From: a virus
Virus record (IMG/VR): IMGVR_UViG_3300028025_006304
Span: 32,001 to 96,000 of that record
DNA length: 64,000 nucleotides
Reading direction: 5' to 3' (one strand)
Part shown: positions 9,183 to 17,496 of the stretch, piece after piece
Position numbering within the stretch: the first letter of the stretch is position 1
Layout: each line of letters starts with the position of its first letter
Made by a program: the position numbers and the translations under genes
The notes under the pieces: model-generated
The model's input: the letters and a program-made list of their open reading frames with translations, nothing else
Told to the model about the DNA's origin: nothing
Database searches by the model: none

Positions 9183-10748
9183 TTAAAGGAGCCAACGGAG
9201 GTCTTCCTGTTGATTACCTATTTTTTGTGTATAGGGATTTTGGACAGCATTACCTGAATATGCCCCTCCGTGTGATTTTGTCATTCCGTTTAAAGCAGCT
9301 CTAGTCATATCAAGCCCTTGCTGTTGGAATTTAAGTGAGGTATCTCTTAAAAGCATTCCGATACCAAACGACATTACTAAATCATCGTTATATCCACTTT
9401 GTGCCTCTGGTCTACCATTTTTCCAAATGAATACTTTCATTTCCTCTAGTAAACGTTTTGAGTGAATCGTTACAGAACGATCACCAACATATTCTCTAAA
9501 CTTATTTACCACAAGTGGTCTGGTTTTTAGTGACATTGTAAAACCAGGAGTTAAATTGTTACCATTTTCATATCGGTTAAAATACGACTCGGCTGTCACT
9601 AAGTCACTCTTAGGTGACTGGTAGAAGTTCTGATAACCGCGTTCTATAACAGTCTCTATTGTTGCCCAACCTATTGAAGCATTTTCTATTACTAATAAAG
9701 CATTATTGTATTCGGAGGCTAACCCTACTAGAAAATGTCCAAATTCTTTTGGCGATAATTGCCCCTTATATTCTGCAACTTGAGTGTTTGTTTCGATATC
9801 GAGTATGTGGGCAGCAGAAAAGTCTCTACCATCACCTCGAGCCACGTCGGCTACAACCATGTAATCTCGCGAATAATCAGCGGGTTGCCAAACCCATAGG
9901 TTCTTATCTGCCCCGCGTCTTTCAACCGGTTCTTTAACGGTAGTTTGGGCTATAAATTCGATCCATTCGGAATAGAATACCGTTTCTCCTGAGGTACTAA
10001 AATCACAGTCACATTCCTGTGCTGCCATTCTAGGATCACCTAATAATTCATCTTGTTTCTTTCTCCAAGCTTCATCCCTCTCTGGGTGGACATACCATGG
10101 TAACTTGATAGGTAAAAAGTCGTTCTCTGCTGCTTCCGCTTTCACCCACGTCTGGTGAAACCAGTTTCCAGTTCCATAAGGTGTTGAAAGTACTATTGCT
10201 CCACCACCCGTGGCAAGTGTTTGTTGTGCTGATGCCCATGTTTCTGCTACGTTATCGATAAAAGCAGCCTCGTCAATTACTAGCAGAGATACTGCTTCTG
10301 AACGTGCTGCGTCGGTATTAGAGGATTTTGCTTTAACTTGTGATCCGTTTGCTAGTTTTAAACTCAAACGGTTGTTTTCTATTTCTTTTACTTTAAGCCA
10401 GGAAGGTAAGTTATCGTACATGAAACGAACCTTGGTAACCATGTTTTTAGCTGTCTCCTGAGTGGTTGCAAGACACAACACGTTTTTGTCTTTATGGAAG
10501 GTCATTAACCACAAAGAATAGCTAGCAGCTAGAGTTGATATACCTAGCTGCCTGGATTTTAAAACAATAGAGTATGGGTTATCTCTCCATAAATGGAGTA
10601 CCTTTTCCTGGAATGGGAATAGGTTAAAAGTGATCCTACCGCGTTGTGGGTGTTGGATATAACAGTATTTACGCATGAAGTGGCCCGGGTCTTGGGCGCA
10701 CTTAATGTATTCCTGTTGAATTATTTGTCTTAAATCTTGATCACTCAT
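9183..10748 (-). CDS. terL: Terminase large subunit, gp17-like
   Basis: KSRQLGIST Walker A, LLVIDEAAF Walker B, STPYG, nuclease VADVARG and DDLVMS. Confidence 0.95.
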   Translation of the reverse strand: MSDQDLRQIIQQEYIKCAQDPGHFMRKYCYIQHPQRGRITFNLFPFQEKVLHLWRDNPYSIVLKSRQLGISTLAASYSLWLMTFHKDKNVLCLATTQETAKNMVTKVRFMYDNLPSWLKVKEIENNRLSLKLANGSQVKAKSSNTDAARSEAVSLLVIDEAAFIDNVAETWASAQQTLATGGGAIVLSTPYGTGNWFHQTWVKAEAAENDFLPIKLPWYVHPERDEAWRKKQDELLGDPRMAAQECDCDFSTSGETVFYSEWIEFIAQTTVKEPVERRGADKNLWVWQPADYSRDYMVVADVARGDGRDFSAAHILDIETNTQVAEYKGQLSPKEFGHFLVGLASEYNNALLVIENASIGWATIETVIERGYQNFYQSPKSDLVTAESYFNRYENGNNLTPGFTMSLKTRPLVVNKFREYVGDRSVTIHSKRLLEEMKVFIWKNGRPEAQSGYNDDLVMSFGIGMLLRDTSLKFQQQGLDMTRAALNGMTKSHGGAYSGNAVQNPYTQKIGNQQEDLRWLL

Positions 10749-10752
10749 AACT

Positions 10753-11172
10753 TTATAGTAGGAATATTAGGGTTACCCCTACAATCCCGGTTCCTAAACC
10801 TAACGCTGCCCCTTTCCAGAAATTGGATCCTTTTTCTCGTTTAAGGGCTTGTATTTCATCGTTTTTTAATCGTATTTGTAAATCTTTTTCTTTAACAATT
10901 CCTTTGCAATCATTTAGACGACCAACATTATTTTCATACTCTTGCTCTCTAATGGCCATCAATTTACGAAGGTTTTCAATGTCACGCAAGTAACTTTGCT
11001 TTTCTTGTTGACAAAAATCACCTGTTTCTAGATCAACCATAATCTGGCGAACTATAGATTCAGGAAAGCATATTAACGTATCGCCATTAATGACTGTAAC
11101 GCTTTGAGAAATAGCCGGGAAGCTCATCAGTAGAAAGCTTGCCAAGCTCAGCCATTTTTTTATCGTATTCAT
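10753..11172 (-). CDS. Secreted coiled-coil protein with C-terminal membrane anchor (spanin-like partner)
   Basis: Signal peptide MNTIKKWLSLASFLLMSFPAIS-Q, coiled coil, C-terminal GAALGLGTGIVGVTLIFLL; overlaps the upstream gene by 86 nt. Confidence 0.5.
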   Translation of the reverse strand: MNTIKKWLSLASFLLMSFPAISQSVTVINGDTLICFPESIVRQIMVDLETGDFCQQEKQSYLRDIENLRKLMAIREQEYENNVGRLNDCKGIVKEKDLQIRLKNDEIQALKREKGSNFWKGAALGLGTGIVGVTLIFLL

Positions 11173-11443
11173 TTTTTGCTCTTTTACGTCGTTTTTCTTC
11201 TTTGTGAAGTTCTACTAAAACAGAATCTGCTTGTAAACGTAGTTTTACGTTTACTGTTTCTAGAGAGTCGGAATGGTCCTCTAGTTTTTTAATTCTAGTC
11301 TCGCTTTCGATTCGTTGCTGTTTCAATTGTTGTTGAAATGCCTTTTTATATGTGTTGGGCATCATGAACATTTGAAAAAGGATAACCCCCAGCAAAGTGA
11401 TTATCACCAATAGCTGGGGGTTCTTTTTAATTAAAGATAGCAT
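11087..11443 (-). CDS. i-spanin-like protein
   Basis: N-terminal TM helix (LLVIITLLGVILFQMF) followed by a long coiled coil. Confidence 0.5.
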   Translation of the reverse strand: MLSLIKKNPQLLVIITLLGVILFQMFMMPNTYKKAFQQQLKQQRIESETRIKKLEDHSDSLETVNVKLRLQADSVLVELHKEEKRRKRAKNEYDKKMAELGKLSTDELPGYFSKRYSH

Positions 11444-12243
11444 TATTTTAACTTAGCTATAGCTGCATCAATAGCAGGCTTAGCTTTTGCCCATTCAGCA
11501 GCGTATTGTTCTTGGTCTAATACACGGTTAGCAGCATCTACAATACCTTTGTCTCTTAAACCTTTTAAGAATGCTTTAACCATTTTGGTTTTTTCTTGTT
11601 GGCGTAGTTGAGAGATTTTGCTTTTCTCTACTTTACCACCTGAGCTAGCAAGTGATCTTAGTTCAGCATCAGATGGGCCTTCTTTATCGTCAGCGTAGTA
11701 TTTTCTCTCGTCACCCATTTTGAATGTCTTTTGTGATGCTTTTTTAGCAGCAGCAGACATTTTTGGAGTAGCTGATTTTGGACGACCACGCATTCCTGGT
11801 TCTTTTGGTTCTGCTGCTGGTTTATTTGGGTCTGCTTTTCTACCACGTTGCCCAACTTCTCTTTCGCCTTTTACTAGGTCGATAAATTTATTAAGTTGGT
11901 TATCGAATAGATCATCGTCTGGTCCTAAAGCAGCTTGAACGTCATCGTCGGCTTTAATAGCCTTACGAATATCTTTCTTTTCAGCTTCTTTGTTTTTTTC
12001 AATTACTTTTTCAATTGCGGCTTTTAATTCACCAGCAATTTTAGCCATCTCGTTAAGAGCTTCCTCTTCTTCTAAAGGTTGAATCTTAGCTCCTGCTTTT
12101 GTAAGATCAACTTTTTCTTGACGAGAAAGAGCTTGCACTGCTGTTCCGCCTTTGGGTCCAGTTATTGTGCTTACCTCTTCAGCCTCGTTAAGCTCACTTA
12201 CAATCATTTCACGAATAGCTCTTTTTAATTCAGATATTTTCAT
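11443..12243 (-). CDS. Lys/Ala-rich putative DNA-binding head protein
   Basis: ATG at 12243 (MKISELKRAIRE); AT-hook-like QRGRK and MRGRPK. Confidence 0.55.
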   Translation of the reverse strand: MKISELKRAIREMIVSELNEAEEVSTITGPKGGTAVQALSRQEKVDLTKAGAKIQPLEEEEALNEMAKIAGELKAAIEKVIEKNKEAEKKDIRKAIKADDDVQAALGPDDDLFDNQLNKFIDLVKGEREVGQRGRKADPNKPAAEPKEPGMRGRPKSATPKMSAAAKKASQKTFKMGDERKYYADDKEGPSDAELRSLASSGGKVEKSKISQLRQQEKTKMVKAFLKGLRDKGIVDAANRVLDQEQYAAEWAKAKPAIDAAIAKLK

Positions 12244-12273
12244 CTCTAACAAATTATGATTTTCTTATAAATA

Positions 12274-12807
12274 TCACAAAGAAAGTGCCTCTTTAACCTG
12301 TTTAATACGATTTTCAGTAGTTCCTGAGATGCTATGAAAATTTTGCATTCGATGTTTGTTTGACTTAATAAGGTTATTAATTGTAAAATCAATCAAGTTA
12401 CGATATTCAAGATCTGTCTCACGTACACCATTATTTTCCATCTCTACACCTTCAGGAGATACATAGAAAATATGATCATATTCTGAGATAAGATTGCGAG
12501 CAAAATCAGTAAATGCCTCTTTATCAATATAGTTCATTGTTTTAGATGCCATAGCAAACGCCATTACATCAATCACAGTGCGGTCTGTGATAATATTTTC
12601 TTGCATTAGCTCGCCAGAACGTTCAGCCAAAAACACAATTTGACCTTTTAATGTTGAATCAGTATTCAATGGAATACCTAACCCCATCAAATACTTTGAA
12701 CGTTCTGTTCTAAAAGTATAGTTTTTAAATTCAGGCAATTTTTTCAATGCATTTACAAGTGTAGTTTTGCCTACTGATTGGGTACCACAAAGTCCGATAC
12801 GGGCCAT
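12274..12807 (-). CDS. NadR-type/AAA_28 P-loop nucleotide kinase
   Basis: RIGLCGTQSVGKTT, ITDRTVIDVMAF, NGVRETD motifs. Confidence 0.75.
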   Translation of the reverse strand: MARIGLCGTQSVGKTTLVNALKKLPEFKNYTFRTERSKYLMGLGIPLNTDSTLKGQIVFLAERSGELMQENIITDRTVIDVMAFAMASKTMNYIDKEAFTDFARNLISEYDHIFYVSPEGVEMENNGVRETDLEYRNLIDFTINNLIKSNKHRMQNFHSISGTTENRIKQVKEALSL

Positions 12808-12813
12808 ATTTTT

Positions 12814-13488
12814 TTAGTTTTTATTTTTATTTCTATTTCCTATTTGATTATTATATCCAAAGGATTTTGCTATTTCTGAGGTTTTGAATAAGGGTTGGGT
12901 GTTGGTGTAATGGAAAGCTTTTTTTTGTTCTTTTTCTTGTGTCAAATCAAATTTAGTACATGCTATAATATGATCAATTTCCCATACTAATCCATAATTC
13001 TCCCAATTCATCTCAGGTAAAAAAAGTTGTTCAAGGTATTGTTTATAAAAATCTAATTCACAACCTAAATATTCTAAGGTTTTTTGGGATTTTTTTCCTT
13101 TTCCTTTTCGTAAAGCTTGATATATTCTATTTCTCATATTAGAGAAGGAAGCATAAAATATATCATTTTTCTTTTTATTGGATATCCAACGATTTATAGA
13201 TAATTGAATTTTTTCTTTATTATTTTTTCTATACTCTACATGATAGTTTGATACTTTATCTTTATTTTGGGTATACCATTGTTTTTGATATTCCAATACT
13301 TGGGTTTTATTTTTTTCTTGATATTGTTTAGTTTTATCTAACAAAATCTCTCTATTATTTTTATACCTTTCAGTATCATAGGATTTTTTACATTCTTTAC
13401 ATTCAAAAACAAAACCATCCTTAGAGTTTTTATTCTTAGAAAATTTAGATAATTCTTTTGTTTCTTTACATTTTTTACATAATTTCAT
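12814..13488 (-). CDS. HNH homing endonuclease
   Basis: N-terminal CKKC...CKEC zinc finger; WENYG..WEIDHII and HYTNTQPL; very AT-rich; own late motif at 13505-13512. Confidence 0.8.
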   Translation of the reverse strand: MKLCKKCKETKELSKFSKNKNSKDGFVFECKECKKSYDTERYKNNREILLDKTKQYQEKNKTQVLEYQKQWYTQNKDKVSNYHVEYRKNNKEKIQLSINRWISNKKKNDIFYASFSNMRNRIYQALRKGKGKKSQKTLEYLGCELDFYKQYLEQLFLPEMNWENYGLVWEIDHIIACTKFDLTQEKEQKKAFHYTNTQPLFKTSEIAKSFGYNNQIGNRNKNKN

Positions 13489-13530
13489 AATAATGTCTTT
13501 TTATTATAAATATTGTAAAAAAACCTATTT

Positions 13531-13875
13531 TCATACTCTTCCGTAATTATCTTCTAGTCTTACAATATCGTCCTCTCCAAAGTAAGTGCCGGTTTGGACC
13601 TCGATAAAGATACAATCTTCATCACCTGTGTTCCAAATTCGATGTTTAGCTCCTTTTGGAATATATATAGCCTCTCCAGCCTCTCTATTAAAATCATAGT
13701 CGTCAATAGTGATGGTTACTTCACCTTGAATGATTACCCAACGCTCAGAACGGTGGTAATGATATTGGTAAGATAATTTTTCTCCAGGTTTTACAACTAT
13801 CTCCTTGACTTTACATATAGGGGTCTCGTGTAGTACTGTAAATTGACCCCAAGGACGTTCTTCAGTATACTTCAT
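13531..13875 (-). CDS. Mannose-6-phosphate isomerase-like cupin (ManC C-terminal type)
   Basis: ERPWG, LSYQYHYHRSERW, EVQTGTYFGEDDIVRLEDNYGR; start moved to 13875. Confidence 0.88.
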   Translation of the reverse strand: MKYTEERPWGQFTVLHETPICKVKEIVVKPGEKLSYQYHYHRSERWVIIQGEVTITIDDYDFNREAGEAIYIPKGAKHRIWNTGDEDCIFIEVQTGTYFGEDDIVRLEDNYGRV

Positions 13876-13876
13876 A

Positions 13877-14149
13877 TTAGAAACGAGTTGTTCCACGCAT
13901 TGATGGGTTCTTGTACCATGGCAAACCTTCACGATCTTTCAATGTTTCTTTCCATTGATCTTTTGTCAGTTTATTACCATACAAGTAATATTCTTCTTTG
14001 TGTTCTGAATCTACCTCGAATGGTTGGATTGCTGGGCCATCCCAGTTATGGTATTTCCAAGCCTCACTACCATTTTCTTGAAACAAGTAGTGTTTAGCAC
14101 CTTTGTTGGTCATAACTCGTTCCTCGTAGATTCGTTGCTTTTTAGACAT
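13877..14149 (-). CDS. Hypothetical protein
   Basis: 90-aa ORF with HNWDGPAI motif; promoter-like TTTG-N17-TATTATATT upstream. Confidence 0.6.
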   Translation of the reverse strand: MSKKQRIYEERVMTNKGAKHYLFQENGSEAWKYHNWDGPAIQPFEVDSEHKEEYYLYGNKLTKDQWKETLKDREGLPWYKNPSMRGTTRF

Positions 14150-14199
14150 ATATTTTATTTTTCGTGTAATATAATAAAAAGAATTAGATAAGTCAAATT

Positions 14200-15564
14200 T
14201 TATTTAAAGTGAACATTCTCGTGGAAATCTGGGTAGAGATCTGGGTGGTGATAGTAGTTGAGCATATCCTCTGCTACATAAATTGCTTGGGCACCTGAAA
14301 CTGTTATACCACGAGCACTCAATGCATCACCTACAAAGTGTACATTTGGGAACTTGGTAAGAGACAAGTTGCGGTAGTTTACAAGTGGTTCGGGTGATAG
14401 ATATTTTACCTCGGGAACGTAAATACCCCAATCGTCTTTTAATGTTGGGAATATTTTTTTCATGTCCTGGATAAAATCATCGATGTATTCAAAGTAGCCG
14501 CCAAATGCTTGAACTACTTCTTGTAACCCCATCCAATCAATTTGATGAGCAGATACTTCATTACCTTCAGATGTAGTTGATGGTTTACGAGATGGACTGT
14601 AATACAAACCAGTACTGTTTGCTTGTACTTTAGAAACCAATTCGCGCGACCAAGCAAATGGATCTTCGATACCATTGATCTCCATCAAAATGCCAAAATT
14701 GGTCATATCGTTTCGGTAACGCATATCTTTTTTAGCGTGACCATTGTAACTGTGATCACCATATGTTTCTTCTACAGCAACATAAGCAGCATTGTTATTT
14801 GTACAAAATGAGCGAAGTGAAACACCTTTATCTTCAAATTTGCGATACAACTTAAAGTCGTATGAAACATCGATTAGTTTCTGGAAGTGTTTTTGTGGTG
14901 CTTCAAATCGAACTCCAATTTGTACTGATTTTGGTTCGTCTGGGAGTTCATATTGGTTGGCTAATTCTTGAGCGAAATCGATACCTGATTTACCTACTGC
15001 AAAAATGAGTTCATCATATTTGAAATATCCATCAGGTTGCCCTTCCATTTCTATAAAAACTTGTTGAGTATCAAAGTTAATATCCTCTACTTTAGTTTCC
15101 CACACAAATTTAACACCTTTAGATACTAGATAATTATACCAATTCTTTCCAATCTCAGATAGGTAATCTGTACCTACGTGCCATACAGGAAATAATCGTA
15201 AACCAAAGTATGGTTTAATAAATTCTGGTTCTGTATCTGGATTTGAACATTGTACTTCCTCTGGTTTAGGGTGGAAACGCTTGAAATTAGTGATGACTTG
15301 ATCCATTAATTGCATTGCTTTTTCCTCACCACAATACTTAGATAACTGACCACCAATGGCTGTGTGGTATGTTAATTTACCATCTGACCATCCTCCAGCA
15401 CCTAAAAAACCTGTCATTACCTCTTCAGGTAAGCGGTTATATGGGTCTTTACCCATATCAATGATTGTGATTAGTTCACCAGGATATCCGCTATCAACAA
15501 GTTTAGTTGCAGCGTTAACTCCTGCTACACCTGCACCTACAATTACGATTTTCTTTTCCTTCAT
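14200..15564 (-). CDS. FAD-dependent oxidoreductase
   Basis: Rossmann IVIVGAGVAG, GAGGWSDGKL, C-terminal FVGDALSARGI. Confidence 0.88.
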   Translation of the reverse strand: MKEKKIVIVGAGVAGVNAATKLVDSGYPGELITIIDMGKDPYNRLPEEVMTGFLGAGGWSDGKLTYHTAIGGQLSKYCGEEKAMQLMDQVITNFKRFHPKPEEVQCSNPDTEPEFIKPYFGLRLFPVWHVGTDYLSEIGKNWYNYLVSKGVKFVWETKVEDINFDTQQVFIEMEGQPDGYFKYDELIFAVGKSGIDFAQELANQYELPDEPKSVQIGVRFEAPQKHFQKLIDVSYDFKLYRKFEDKGVSLRSFCTNNNAAYVAVEETYGDHSYNGHAKKDMRYRNDMTNFGILMEINGIEDPFAWSRELVSKVQANSTGLYYSPSRKPSTTSEGNEVSAHQIDWMGLQEVVQAFGGYFEYIDDFIQDMKKIFPTLKDDWGIYVPEVKYLSPEPLVNYRNLSLTKFPNVHFVGDALSARGITVSGAQAIYVAEDMLNYYHHPDLYPDFHENVHFK

Positions 15565-15661
15565 ATTTTTATTTGTTACGCGTTAAGATAATTAAAGAGA
15601 GCCGGGACTCAAAATTGAGGCCACAGCTCTCTGTAAATTGTTCTAAGCGACTGGCTATGAA

Positions 15662-15934
15662 TCAGTCTAAATGTATTTTGACTTTTAAGGTGTCTTCACC
15701 TTTCCAAGCCCTGTGCCATTTGTGACGCATCATAAATATACGCATTTCGGGTTCAAGGTCAAAAGGTAACTGATCATCAAATTGCAGTTTCCAACCTTTT
15801 CCTACCTCTAGAATCTCTATTGTACGATTCTCATCATCGCGGTGCCAGAGTAGTTCAATCGGATCTATATTATCGTCGAACTCTCTAATAATGTATTGTT
15901 CTGTAACCTCTAAATCTTTATACGGTTTTGTCAT
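15662..15934 (-). CDS. Small cupin-like hypothetical protein
   Basis: MTKPY start; LLWHRD, WKLQFD, WHRAWKG motifs. Confidence 0.55.
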   Translation of the reverse strand: MTKPYKDLEVTEQYIIREFDDNIDPIELLWHRDDENRTIEILEVGKGWKLQFDDQLPFDLEPEMRIFMMRHKWHRAWKGEDTLKVKIHLD

Positions 15935-16343
15935 CTGTAAGGGGACCTCCAACAACCCAAGCATCACAAGTCCGAGCTGCTGCACATTTAAATTTTAAGA
16001 ATCTACAATATCCTAATTTACCGGCTTTAATTACATCAAATGGATCTTCGGTACCTTCATCATTACCTATTCCTTTAGCTATACAATCTAATGTTTTAGT
16101 TGTAATATCAAATGCAGCACAGTTACCACAGAGTGATGTTTTAGCTTCTTCTACAGAATCAAGCTTCCACATGTCTACTTTAGCTTGCCAGAATTTGTTA
16201 TTTGGTTCATTAGGATTTAATGGACCATAACCATATTCATTGATTGCCTTTTGTCTGTTTTGAAGGTTAAGTTCAATGTTTTGAGTTGGAGCTGGACATT
16301 TGTTTAGTTCAGCTTCACTTAGTATGTTGACTAGTTTTATCAT
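15918..16343 (-). CDS. Cys-rich hypothetical protein with leader MIKLVNILSE
   Basis: CGNCAAFD, GYC...FKCAAARTCDAW, suggesting metal binding. Confidence 0.65.
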   Translation of the reverse strand: MIKLVNILSEAELNKCPAPTQNIELNLQNRQKAINEYGYGPLNPNEPNNKFWQAKVDMWKLDSVEEAKTSLCGNCAAFDITTKTLDCIAKGIGNDEGTEDPFDVIKAGKLGYCRFLKFKCAAARTCDAWVVGGPLTDDKTV

Positions 16344-16657
16344 TTTTCTCTGATAAGTAATTCACCTAATACCTCTAAACGTCCAACTTCACGTTGAAAT
16401 TCGGTTTGAGTCATTCCTAGTGATATTTTCTTTAGGGTTTGATCAAATTCTTTTTTGGCTGCTTCTTTGTCAAATTTACCTTCAGCTGCTTTTTTATAAT
16501 ATGGGGCTTTTACTTTAAAGTGATGCCATGTTAATAGAGATAAACCGCCTTTTTCTTCAGCGTTTTCAGCAATTTTAGCTGCTCCTTTACCTCGTGTTAC
16601 AGCAAAATCCTCAAATGATTCTTTTGCTTCTTGTAGTATATCTAATAGATTAATCAT
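16340..16657 (-). CDS. Hypothetical protein with leader MINLLDILQE
   Basis: True start 16657, directly after the upstream stop. Confidence 0.65.
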   Translation of the reverse strand: MINLLDILQEAKESFEDFAVTRGKGAAKIAENAEEKGGLSLLTWHHFKVKAPYYKKAAEGKFDKEAAKKEFDQTLKKISLGMTQTEFQREVGRLEVLGELLIREK

Positions 16658-16658
16658 A

Positions 16659-17495
16659 TCACCAAAATCCTGTAAAATTTGATTTAAGACCCAATAACTT
16701 TGCGTATCTTGGGAGCCTACATGACCAGAATGATGCTTTTGTTTTGTCTTTTTTATTTTTACAATCGTGGCGGGCCGCAAATGCTCTACGTGCCTCTGGA
16801 TTGTTTATCTTAGCTGATAAACCTGAAGTATCACCAAATGATACTTTTTTAATCTTTTTAGTGCGTGGGTCGCGAACGTAAACATAGAATTTTTTAGAGC
16901 CACCGCGTTTTGGTTTGCCAATTGGGGGTGTTTTCTTTTTTTTATCTGCTTCTTCTAATTTTTTAGAGATTTTGTATAATCCCATTGACTCCATTCGCTC
17001 TAAACCATTTAAAGATACATTATTTACAGTTAAATTATTGTTTCCTACATTTAGACTTTTCATTTGATTAGGAGCTAACATTTTAGAAAAGGTTGGAATT
17101 GCTTTAAACCTATCTAAAAGTTTATTATTTTCAAAAGTAAGCGTAATTTCGTGGGTATTTTTTTTATCTGCTTCTTCTAATTCAATTTCTTCCATTATGA
17201 AATCTAATGGAACTTTTTTACCTTCGTATAAACCAAAATGACCTAAATCTGTTTCAGTTAGTATCTCTAAATCATCTCCTTGTACCTCAATGATGTTGCG
17301 GCTGTATAAAGCGCGTGCTTCTGCCCATAAATTGAAATAGCTTTCCGAGCCTGCACGATATACGTGCTCTGTAAGAGGTCGTGCGTTATCTAAGTGATAT
17401 TTCAACCCCTCGGAAAGGATTGCTTTTGGGGCTACACTTTCGTTTAGCACCACTGGTCTTTTTGAATCGCAAGTATTGCAGCCGCAGTCACACAT
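16659..17495 (-). CDS. Modular hypothetical protein with basic C-terminal domain and in-frame insert
   Basis: 278 aa; LEEADKK duplicated around a 74-codon insert; C-terminal KKFYVYVRDP...FAARHDC. Confidence 0.7.
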   Translation of the reverse strand: MCDCGCNTCDSKRPVVLNESVAPKAILSEGLKYHLDNARPLTEHVYRAGSESYFNLWAEARALYSRNIIEVQGDDLEILTETDLGHFGLYEGKKVPLDFIMEEIELEEADKKNTHEITLTFENNKLLDRFKAIPTFSKMLAPNQMKSLNVGNNNLTVNNVSLNGLERMESMGLYKISKKLEEADKKKKTPPIGKPKRGGSKKFYVYVRDPRTKKIKKVSFGDTSGLSAKINNPEARRAFAARHDCKNKKDKTKASFWSCRLPRYAKLLGLKSNFTGFW

Positions 17496-17496
17496 A

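Noticed and set aside
15645-15667. PreQ1-I-like hairpin, or TGA read-through/selenocysteine at 15662
   Set aside because: Loop too short and no A-rich tail with pseudoknot partner; the read-through peptide has no recognisable sense
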